Below are positions 1 to 11,600 of a stretch of DNA of 38,989 nucleotides, in pieces. Each line of letters starts with the position of its first letter. Positions within the stretch are counted from its first letter, which is position 1. The position numbers and the translations under genes are program-made. This stretch comes from Fonticula-like sp. SCN 57-25 (lineage: Eukaryota): positions 1 to 38,989 of the forward strand of contig MEDX01000032.1 of NCBI GenBank assembly GCA_001724245.1. The letters run 5' to 3'. The notes under the pieces were generated by a model that saw only the letters and a list, made by a program, of their open reading frames with translations, was not told the origin of the DNA and searched no databases.

Positions 1-3000
1 TCGTACCAGAGCAAGGGTTGGTAATGTTGCCCCAGTTGCCGCTCTCGTCGCACTCGCGCGTCGGCGCACCGAAAAAGCCCGGGTTGCACTCACCGCTGGC
101 GAGCGACAGAGCGGGCGTCTCGGCCCACTGGGCGTCGCCGTCCTCAATCACGGGGCACTTGTTCTGGACGCACGGGTTCTGAACATCCTCCCAGGTACCG
201 GCGAGCGAGCACGCGCGCGACGGGCTGCCAGAGTAACCAGTGTCGCAGACACCCGCGGCGGACGAACCGGCCGACGTCTGCGGCCAATCGGCCGAGCCAA
301 AGCGCTCAGACGCGCACTGCACGACGCTGCACACGCCAGTGATGGTGCCCCACGCGCCAGACAGCTCGCAGTTGCGGGTCGGCGAGCCAGAGTAGCCGGC
401 CGGGCACGAGCCGGTAACGTCAGTCGAGCCGGCGTTGGCCTCGGGCCACGAGCCAAGCTCGTTCTCGTTGATGGCGGCGCACTTGGTGCGCAGGCACGGG
501 TTCGAGACAGCGCCAGAGTAGAGACCGTTGACGTCGCAGTCGCGCGTCGGGGCGCCCTGCCAGCCGGCAACGCACACGCCGCTGACGCCGCTCGTCATCG
601 AGTCGGCGATGGGCCACTCGGCATTGTCGATCGTGATAGAGGCGCACTTCAAGCGGTCGCACGAGCCAACAGTCTCGCCCCACACGCCGGAAGCGTCGCA
701 CGGACGAGTGGGCGCGGTGGAGGCGCCATAGCCAGAAGCGCACGTGCCGACGGCCTGCGAGCCAGCGGCGGTCGAGCTCCAGACAATGTTGTTGTTGGTC
801 TCGGCGGCGCACGAAACAGTGGCGCACGTGCCAGTAACGGTGCCCCACACGCCCTCAATCGAGCAGGCGCGCGAGACAGAGCCAGTGTAGCCGGTCTTGC
901 AGGTGCCCGACACGGTGGAGCCGCCGAGCGTAGCGGGCCACTCGGAGGTCGAGTCGGTCAGCTGCGGGCACTTCTTCTGCGAGCACGGGTTGGTCGTCGC
1001 GCCCCACTGGCCGTTAAGGTCGCAGGTGCGGGTCGGCGGGCTGCCGTCGGTCGGCTCATAGCCAGTGAGGCACACGCCGGTGGCCTCAGTGCCGGCGTTG
1101 GCGGTCGGCCACGACTGGTGGCTGCCGTCGTCCGAGATGGACGCGCACTGGATGGCCTGGCAGAGCGGGGACGGCGTCGACCACTCGGCGGTGAGCGAGC
1201 ACGTGCGCGCGGTAGTGCCAGAGTAGCCAGCAAGGCACGTGCCGGCGGTGAAGGTGCCGGCCTGAACAGACGCCGGCCACGAGGCACCAAAGGCAGAGTA
1301 CGAGGGGTCCGACTGCGTGCAGTAGAGCGGCACGCAAGGGTTGATGATCTCGGTGTCCCACGAGCCGTCCGTGCGGCAGAGACGCGAAGGCTTGACGGCA
1401 GTGCTGTAGCCAGCGACGCACGTGCCCTCGACGATCGTGCCCACTTCATCGGGGGAAGACCAGTCGGCGTGCTCGTCATTGGTCAGCGCAGTGCACGGGT
1501 TGGTGCTGCACGGGTTCACGACGGCGGACCACGTGCCGTTGTAGAAGCAGTCGCGGGCGGGGCGGCCAGACGTGTTGTCATAGCACGTGCCGGGGACGGA
1601 GAACATGCCGGCGTTCGTCTCGGGCCAGATGGCCTGCGAGTCAGACTCGTTGGCGGCAGCGCACTTGAGACCTAAAACAAAAGTCAGCACGTGGCCAAAA
1701 TATATCGCGAGGGCGTACGGGTGCAGGGGGTGCCGGTGGCGGCGCCCCACGATCCCTCGATGCCGCAGCTGCGGACCGGCGCGCCGACAAAGCCGAGGTC
1801 GCACGTGCCCTCAACAGTGGCCGAACCGGCAGCGCTGGAAGCCCACGTGGCCGAATCGGCGGTGAGGAGCGGGCACATGATCTGCACGCAGGGGTTGATG
1901 ATCTCGCCAAAGTCACCGGCGGGGTCGCAGGTGCGCGTCGGGCTTCCGGTCCATCCGGCGACGCAGACACCGGGGGTCGTCACGAGCGAGTTGGTGAGCG
2001 GCCAGTTGGCATTGCCGTCGGTCACGGCAGCGCACGTGTTGCCTATAAAGACACGTGAGCATGGAAAAAAAACCAACAAAAAAAGTCGGCGCACGAGTGC
2101 AGGCAGTCGTGACGGGCACCCAGTTGCCGTTGAGGTCGCAGTTGCGGGTGGTCGGGCCAGACCAGCCCGACACACACTCACCCGAGACGCCGTTCGTGCC
2201 GGCGGTAACCGTCTGCCAGTTGGCGTTGTCGAGCATGGTGGCCGGGCAGTAAATCTCTGCAAAAGGCAAACATTGAGCAAACAAGACGCATGATCAAGGT
2301 CGCGTACGCTGGCAGGGATTGGTCACATCGGTGGACCAATCGCCGGCGGCACCGCACGAGCGCGACGGGGAGCCAGAGTAGCCGGCGACGCAGGTGCCGA
2401 CGGCCACAGTGTTGGAGAGCGTGTTGGCGGGCCAGACGGCGTTCGAGTACGTGTCGGCGGCGCACACATTGCCTATATCACGGTCCGTGAGCAAAAAAGG
2501 TCGCAATGCGCGGCAAAGGCGTACGGATGCACGAGGGGCTGACAGTCGCGGACCACTCGCCGCTCAGCTGGCAGAAGCGCTGAGGCGAGCCAGAGTAGCC
2601 AGAGTTGCAGGTGCCGGTGGCAGTCGAGCCAGCGTTCGTCTGCGACCAATCAGCGTTGGAGTAGGCAGTGACCGCCGAGCACTTGAGCTCTGAATCATAT
2701 CGTCGTTAGCGAACGCGCAAAAGTGCATGCCAAGGCGTACGAATGCACGAGCCGGTGATGGCGCCCCAGGTACCGGTGGCCCCGCACGCGCGCGTCGGCG
2801 AGCCCGCAAAGCCGGCGTTGCAGGTACCGGTCGCAGAGGCAAAAGAGAGGGCAGTGGGCCAGACGACGTTGTTGGCCGAGTCGGTAAAGCCGGCGCACTG
2901 GTTCTCTGTGTGCGTGTCAGAAAGAAAGCGAAAAAAAAATGTTGGCGCGTACGGGTGCACGCGTTGGAGACGCCGCCCCAGGTGCCCGAGGCGCTGCAGG

Positions 3001-4638
3001 GGCGCGTCGGCGAGCCAGAGTAGCCCGACTGGCAGGTGCCGGTAGCGGTCTCAAGACTGTTCGTGGTGGGGAAGGTGGCAGTGCCAGAGACCCCGCCGGC
3101 GCACGTAAGGCCTAGTAAAAATGGTTAGTCCACAAACCAGGATCAAAAGCAGAGCACGCACGAGAGCAGGGGTTGGTGACAGTTGCGGCCCAGGCGCCGT
3201 TGTTGTTGCACGCGCGAGTGGGGGTAGCACCGCTCGCGTAGCCGGTGAGGCAGGTGCCGCTCGCAGTGGTGCCGGCGTTGGCCAGCGGGAAGGAGGCCGC
3301 GCCAACGGAGCCAGAGTCGGCGGGGCACGTGATTTCTGGAAAAGCAAGCACGGTTGGAAACACGACAGAAAGCAAACCGATTGTACGTACTGACGCAGGG
3401 GCTCGAGACAGCGCCCCACACGGTGTTGGTGCACGTAGCCTTGGGCGTGCCCGTAAAGGTCGCAATGCAGGTACCGGTCGCCTGGACGCCCGTGTACGAG
3501 AACGGGAAGTTGGCGTTATCCTTGAGGATCGGCTGGCAGCTGCTCACTACAGACAATAGTTAGTTTCATATCTGCGGCAGGGTCGGATGACATACCAATG
3601 CAAGTGCCGGTAGTGCCGCTTCCGCTGTAGCCGAGGTTGCAGCTGCAGGTACCAGCGGATTCGTTGCACGAGGCGTTCACATCACACGTAATGTAGTTGA
3701 ACGACACATAAGGCCTGTACGTGGCGTACGACACTTGCGTTTCCCACACGGTCTCCAGAGTCGAGAGACGGTAGTGGACGCGCAGCGAAGTCTAAAAAAA
3801 AACAAAAGTCAGCCAAGACCGCGATGATGCAAGGGCATTCGTACCATAGAGTTGCTTTGACGAACGGCCTTGTTCAAAACGTTGGGGTTCAGGTTCAAGT
3901 ACCACCAACTGTGAAAACCAAGAGTTAGTAAAAATGAAAAAGCCCATCGCTAATTGCATACTAGTTGGTGGTGTAAGTGAAGGTCGACGCAACTGACGCG
4001 AGGCTGCTGCTGAGCGAGGGCTGGTTGTTCCAAGTGAGCGTCCAGTAGCCCCTGCGTATTTGTTTAGAAATTACAAACGAGAAAAAGTGCACACGAACCA
4101 GGTCGCGTTGGGGACGTCAACAGTCGTGCCTCCGACTCCCGTGTAGGCATTGTTCGTGCCATAGCGATTCAAATAAAGCTGAGGCGTGCCAGTTGCGCAG
4201 AAACGAGTAGGGGTAGGCTAAAGAAGCAAAGGGGAGTTGTCAATGCGAGAAACAACAAGGGCAGTAGAGGCGACACGCACAGCCACAGAGGCAAAGTTGA
4301 AGTGAATGTACGAAACAGACCTCTGGGTCGAACCAGTACCCTGGATGTAGAGGTAGGGGTAATAGCCTGAATGGAGAGAGTGAGCATCTCTTGTTGAATT
4401 CTGTACTACGGGGGCGTCGTACCGGAAACGGGGTATACGTACGTCGGCTGCCCCGAGAAGGGAGCCGCGCCATCATAGATGTAGATCTTTGTTTGACCGT
4501 GAGCTGACGTACAAAAAAATGGGAAAAAAACCACCAGAGTGAGCCAGAGTTCAAGTATAGGCAAAAATTCATTGTGCGCGCACCAGTTGAGCAGAGCAGG
4601 GCAACACAAAGTGCCACCGCGATCGCGGCACGTCCCAT
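1..4638 (-). CDS. Large secreted/cell-surface Cys-rich protein: signal peptide, DNRLRE/CBM96-like domain, EGF domain, at least 19 tandem ~55-aa HormR(HRM)/sushi-like repeats; multi-exon, 3' end outside window
   Basis: ATG at 4638 (alternative 4653) followed by hydrophobic MGRAAIAVALCVALLCSTA. Spliced N-terminal domain has SYIHFNF...QLYLNRY...WTLTWNNQP...RPYVSFNY, then EGF-like CDVNASCNESAGTCSCNLGYSGSG. Repeats follow the pattern C-x7-10-WP-x-T-x-AG-x4-G-x-C-x2-GYSGSPTR-x-C-x3-G-x-W-x5-7-C. GT-AG introns between repeats; a donor GTACGA sits at 6..1. Confidence 0.85.
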
Positions 4639-5602
4639 TCTGTGGGGAAGCATCGCCAGCGCGGGGGACTCGTTTTGAGTCTGTTTTTTTCACGACGACT
4701 TGCCATGGCGCATGACACTAACAAGCGTCGGAAGTTCCAAGTGAACATGAGCAATATGTATGCTCGGATCTTGCTCAAAATTTGCCCCGTGTGCAACATT
4801 CCTATTTAGGTAGTAATTTGTGATCGCATCGTCATGGGCCAATCGTTTTGCGAAATTCGCGTGGGGGTGGTAATCATCCGATTGGATGAATGGAATGTTG
4901 GGGAACGTGATAGGCGCAACACTCAGTCCCAGCTTGGCTCCCACGGAGTGACGTCCAGAGCGGAGGATGGTGAACATTGCGCATCGCGGGCCACTCTGCA
5001 ACCTCTCTTTGTCCATACGGCCGCCACTGTCCCAAGCTGCCATTTCGTCGCTATTTCTGTTTATTGATACGGCTTTCTCATGATCCAAAAATTTCTTCCG
5101 GATTCGCGATTCCGAGTTTCCGATGGCCTCGGCCTTTTTTTTTGAAGTCTGTATTCCGAGCTGATATCAGCACAAATGCTGGCAGAGTTGACTTTATATG
5201 CGGCATTATCACAGAGGGGTGCCGCAAGGGCCAATTGTGTGCCGGGGCCCGCGAAGAAAAGCGGCTCTTACCTCAGCTTTCTCATCTTGTTGGCCAATGG
5301 ATATCATCTGGTACCGTATCATATGATAGCATTGCTTTATCGAAGGAAGAGACACTTTTGAGCTTTAAACCAAAGGACAAACGAAAGAAAATTCGTTCAT
5401 GGCAATAACATGCCTACGGTCAGTTTAAGACGTTCCCCCCCCCGAGCCCCCGGGCCCCCGCAGCCCCATATTCCGCAAGGTCCAAATCCAATCGCACTGC
5501 CCCTCAAGTTTTTATGTGTTTTATAAGTCAATGTTGGACGGAGATTTCCGATGATGCCCCTCAAGTTACTCAAGTCGTAGGCTGCCCCTCGAGTTCAGCG
5601 AG

Positions 5603-8600
5603 ATGGCGCGCTCCATGTCCTTGATGCCTCGAATTCTGCCAGGGCCGCAACATCCACAGAACAAAGGTAATGATCTTGGCGGCCGCAACGTGCTTTTTTA
5701 ACAAAATTTTAATAGGAGCCGCTGATTGGGGCCCGCAGGGGTTTGTGGCGCATGGCTCGCATGCTCTCGTTGTCGTCACCGATTCCGCGTCCCTGCAGGT
5801 GGTACAGGTCCTGGACGGGCATGGGTCGCTCATCGTTTGCGTAAAGTGGTACGCAAATGTGGCAATTTTACGTAGCGATGCTAATATTGATCCAGGGCGC
5901 TGGATGACTCTTTCCATGATGTCTATCGTCCGTATGCCCTGACATTGGCTTCGGCCGATGCGCTGGGTCGCGTGTTTATATGGCATCTGCACAAGGCGCG
6001 TCTTTTAAATCATGTCCGCGCACATTTTCTGACTTTTCTTTTTCGTTTTAGACGCAGCCAGTGCTCCGGCTGCCGAGCGCGGGGCGCGGCGTCGTGGATC
6101 TCGCGTGGCAGCCCGGCTCCCCTGACGTGCTCGCCGTCGCCTACGCCCCCGGGATGCTGTCCCTCTTTGACGTCAAGCTGAATCAAAAGATATCCGTTCT
6201 TTCCTTTCATGTTTTATTGTTGAATTTTTGTTTTTTCTCTATTGAATTTCGTGTTTTCCTTTCTTGATCGTGCGCAATCCCCTTTTTTTTTTCCTTGACT
6301 CGCCCCTCACGTCTGGAGCCGCGAATTCTCTGGCGACGTCCTTCGCTTCCAATTCAACCCCTTTGACAGCAGCAGCGGCTTTCTCCTCACCGCGCAAGGC
6401 GTCATGTTCAACCTGACCGGGATCGGCAACACGCGATCGCAAGACATGCAGATCCGCAAGTTTCAGGTCGGCGCCGATCGCGGCGATGGCGCATCGCCCG
6501 GCCAGATCCCCGCGCCGTCAACGCCACGTAAGCGCGGCGCGCTTTCAACACCAAACGAGCTTTACCAGTCATGTGACTTTATCGCTTCTTTCTACTCGCC
6601 AAACGAGCGCGACATGATCCTGCTCGTGACGCGATCCGAGATCCTCTTTCTGGACGTCAAGGTGAGCCAGATCGTGTCGACCATTAGTGGCGAGCCACGT
6701 GGTCCGCACTTGGTTGGCGCGCTGCTTTGCCGTGAACATCCTGACTTGCTCGTCACTCTCAACGAGGCCGGAAGGTGCGCAGTTTTGCTATGAAAATCGA
6801 CCTTTTCGGCCCTTTTTGAACCATTTTTGCCCATTTTTGACCAAATTTTGACGTTTTTTGACCCATTATTAAACCTATTTTCTTTTTTCTAACACAATTT
6901 CCTTTCCATTTTCAGCATTTTAATAAGAAATCTTGGCGACCAAACCGGCCGCCGCGGCTTCTCCATCGTTGCTTCTGGTGACATTGGCCCTCGCCGCCCC
7001 GACCGTTCCTTTCAACTATTAGGAAATCCGCTTGATGACCTTGAATTCATGGCACTAGCAACAGACGGTCGCATGTACGCATACAAATATCTATTTTTAG
7101 ACTTTATACTTGATGCTATACTTGATGCTATTATGCTATACTTGATGCTATACTTGATGCTATAATTGATGCTATTATGCTATTGATGCTATTATGCTAT
7201 AATTGATGCTCAAATTGATGCTATTATGCTATACTTCAAGCTATAATTGATGCTATATTTGATGCTAATATTGATGCTTTTATGCTGTAATTGATGCTAT
7301 AATTGATGCTATATTTATGTTATTATGCTATAATTGATGCTATAATTGATACTATTATGCTATATTTGATGCTATTATGCTATTGATGCTATAATTGACG
7401 CTATTATGCTAAAATTGCTATAATTGATACTAAAAATACTTTTTTTCTAGCTATAGTTGGACACACAACTTGCCCGACCGTCTACTAGTAACTGGTTATT
7501 ATGAAGGCCTATGGTCATCCGTCACGTGCCTCTCCATGAACACCCCCCCCAAATCCACCCCAGACTCCCCCCCCCTCCTATGCGCCCTCGGCACACGCAC
7601 AGGCCACATATTCATACTAAATTTATATACTTTTTCCATTGACCGCTGCCTTGCCGCACATGATCTCCCTATTCGCGGCCTATCATGGATTGACACGTCA
7701 ACAGTTTTGTCATATGCGACGGATGAAGTCGGAACGAGGCAGTATAGGAATTCGGTTAGGATTGCTGACGTCAGCACTGGGAGGATGAGGGAGGTGAGGA
7801 GTGAGAAGAATAAGGATCAGTGGGCGATTAGGGGGGTGAGTTTGTCGTGGAGGAGGCAGTATATGGTCGTCTTATTTAAGGATGGGTACGATTATGAATA
7901 TGAATATGAATATGAGTATGTGTATGAGGGTTGTTGATGACGTTATTGATTATTGTCGTTGATGAGTATGAGTATTATTTGAATATGAGTATCATTGATG
8001 AGTATCCATATATGTGTTATTGATGAGTATTATTGATGAGTATGAGTCAGTCATTGATGAGTATGAGTATGAGTATGAGTATGAACATGAACATGAACAT
8101 GAACATGAGTATGAGTATGAGTATGAGTATGAGTATGATTATGATTATGAAATTGTGTATGAGTATGATGTGTAGTATGAGTGGTATGAGTATGAGTATG
8201 AACATGAGTATGAACATGAGTATGAGTATGAATGAGTGGATATGAACATGAGTAAGAGTATTATTGATGAGTAAGAGTATTATTGATGAGTATGACTATC
8301 ATTGATGAGTATGAGTATGAGTATCATATATGAATATGAGTAATATTGAGCATTATTATAACTATTAATAGCTCAACCTCTAACACTAACACATTCCCTC
8401 TAGTCCAATGGAACTCTGGGACATTATCACATTCACCCTCCTCAAACCCGCCTTTTCCTCCCTTTCAATCCCAACCGCCCTTTCAATCTCATTCAGCCCA
8501 ATCGCACCAATCACAGCCACGCAAACCTCACCCATATTAACCTCATTAAGACCATCTTCATCTATTCGCAAATCACGCAACCACGTGGCCTTTGATACGT

Positions 8601-11600
8601 CATCATCAATGACGTCATCATTATTAAATACGTCATCATCAATGACGTCATCAATGACGTCATCATACCATGGTTCATCCTACCATGGTTCATCATATGG
8701 TTCATCATCTTCAGTATTGTACCCAGAATCCCTTGCGATCCTATTGGCTGATGGCACCCTAGTGGGGTGTACCATAAATGGGTGTCTGGTGACAGAAGAC
8801 TATAGGCTGTCACGTGGCGGTGCTGCAGCGAGTGGTGGGGTAGAATGGGATAGGAAGGAGAGTGTGGTTGTGGGGGGGGATGGGGGGGGGAATGTGTTTT
8901 TTTATCACGTGGGGCAGTCGAGAATAAAGTACGAAGAGGGGTAATATGGGGTAATAATGGGGAAGAATAGGGAATAATAGGGAATAATAGGGAATATTGA
9001 TGCTTTTTTATGTTATTTATACGTATCTTTTTGTCTCTATTTTGTGTCAATTTTGATAGATTTTCATGATTTTGTGTCATTATAGATACTTTTTTGATAC
9101 TTTTTCAATGATGTTTTTATATCATTTTTATATCATTTTCTCTCTCTTTTCTTCTCTTTTCTTCCCTTTTCTCTCATTTTTCTCTTCTTTTTCTCCCTTT
9201 TCCACCCCCTTACTAACCCCATAATAGATCATTTTCCACCCCAAATTACGGCGAAGTTCGCAAAATCCGAAGCTCACCTTCCGGCCGTTCCTCTCACCGT
9301 TTCCTTATCCTTTTTACACGTGGCCTCGGCCTATTCGAAGGCGGCCGTTTCGAATGTGCCGCTTTCCTTCCATTTGCTGACTCATCAAATATGAGTACCT
9401 ATAGTGTTAATGTTTCATTGGATGAAGTGAAACAGAGTCCGAACAAGATGGGAGTTGGGGGTGGAATTGGGGGTGGAATTGGGGGTGGATTGAAAGAGAA
9501 GGAAAAGATGCAGTTTGGGTATGAGGCATTGAGTGTGGTGGATGTCGAGTGGGTTTCATTAGACAGGATTATTTGCCGTACGAGGGGAAAAATGGGTGAA
9601 AAATGGGTGGAAATGGGTGAAACATGGGCTTTTTAGGTGAAAAATATTGTTTTTTGGTGCAATTTGGTACATTTTGGTGCATTTTTGGTGAAAATTGGTT
9701 CATTTTTGATGTATTTTGACTATTTTGTTGTTGACAACTGTGATCATTTTATGACCATTTTGATGTCATTTGTCTCATTATTGATACAATTTTGATGCAA
9801 TTTGTCTCATTTTTACACACTTTTCATATCATTTTCACACCACTTTATCTTCATTTTCATATCATTTTCCCTATTAACTCTTCTCTTTTCCTATTACTTT
9901 CCTTATTACTTTCCTAGTAATGGGTGATGGAAGTGTTCGCCTTATGGACAGCGACCTTCGCCGCGCCGTTTCGCCCCTTCTTTCCTATCCAACCAATCGC
10001 CGCGTCCAATCACTTTCCCTCCTTCCTAATAAGGACGCATTCACCCTCAAGACTCTGCTCACGTGCCAGCCATGGCGAAATGGTGAGTCACCATTATTGC
10101 CTAATAAGGCAGATTCATTGCTGTCATTGTCGTCGCTTTTCTCGGAAATTGGGGAGGAAAGTGTCCACGTGGACATTGATGTTGATATGGCGGAAGGTGA
10201 GGAAGGAAAAGCACAACATGGCGCCAATAATGAGGTACGACTATGGATAAAAATCTAAAAATAGTATTTTTGGATCCAACTGACATGGATTAAAAGGACC
10301 ACTTGTCATCATTACTTATGTTTGCTGGACGTCACGTGCCGCCACGTCATCTTGCCTTATTGAGCGCCCCCATAAGTGTCGCCGATCGCGCCGTCCAAAC
10401 AGCGCGCCTATTTGGTGACGTGGCAGAAGTCTCCTTTTGGCGATTGGCACTTTTCTATCTTGATTACGTCACCCAACACCCCGAAGAAATGCCACCGATC
10501 GCGCCTTCAAATGTCCACGTGGCCATACCAAATGATGACATCAGCATGGAAAATTTTTCCCTTTCGCCGCTCAAATCTCCCGCGCGATCGCGCCGCGCTT
10601 TGGCCGCCGAAGCCACGTCATCAGCAACACTCGAAACACGACGTCTGACGTCACTGATGACGTCACTCAACCCCACAAATGACGATAAAAATCACGTGAC
10701 TAATTCAACTTCACTCCCGCCATATTTTGATATGTTTCGGCCTGCAAAACAACTTCGCCCATTTCATATAAAACGTCTCGAAACGCGCGAACGCGTCTCA
10801 TTATCATATGAAAATACGCAACAATTAACAAGTACAAGTATGATGCTTGGCGAGCATGAAAATGCGATAAGATTGTTGTTGGAGACGCCGTCGAATACGG
10901 TTAATTTTAGGGGTGATGCTATGAAGGCGTGTTTGATAGCGGCGTTGTGTTCGCCAGAGACATTAGAGTCAACGGTGCGTGGGAAGTGATATAGGGAAAG
11001 TGATATAGGGAAAGTGATATAGGAAGGGAAAGTATATGTTATGGGTTGTACTGTGATGATATATAGTACATGATATGATATGATATAGTACATGATATAT
11101 GATATATTGTGGTGATAAAGTACATGTGGTATGATATAGTACATGATCCATCATATAGTGTGGTGATTTAGTACATGATACATGTGGTGATATAGTACAT
11201 GATATAGTATGATATAGCACATGATATAGTATGATGAAGTACATGATATATTGTGATATAGTGTGTTGTATTCGTATTGATCACGTCATAGATGTTCTTG
11301 TTTTATGTTCTGATTCCATCTGATTCCCTTCTGATTTTGTTTTCTCCCTTCTGATTTTCCTTATTTCCTTCTGATTTCTCCTCTTCAGGTCCGTATTGTC
11401 GCTACTCGCTTCATGTCCAACAACGATCTCGACCAAGCCATCGATCTCCTCTGCATGCTCAACCTCGGCCTCACCGCCTGCCACCTCCTCCAAGATGATC
11501 ACCGCTGGGATGATGCCGCGCTCATCGCCAACTCAATCTTGACATCATCTGATCGCGCATCTGTTTTCAAGCGATGGGCAGATGATCTGGTTGAGGGGCA

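Noticed and set aside
148-3563. Many overlapping Arg/Ala/Pro-rich ORFs on both strands
   Set aside because: Shadow frames of the GC-rich Cys-repeat gene; the real frame is the spliced minus-strand one.
3958-3965. Apparent in-frame TAG in the first gene suggesting stop-codon reassignment
   Set aside because: It is TA|GTATGC, an intron donor; splicing gives TAT (Tyr). Other genes end in TAA, TAG and TGA normally.
4690-5408. ORFs of 132 and 143 aa in the divergent intergenic region
   Set aside because: No recognisable motifs or coding-like codon bias, and no tRNA/snRNA signature recognised by eye. An Rfam scan would be needed to exclude an ncRNA.
8033-8245. Poly-MS/MN ORF
   Set aside because: Translation of an intronic hexamer microsatellite.
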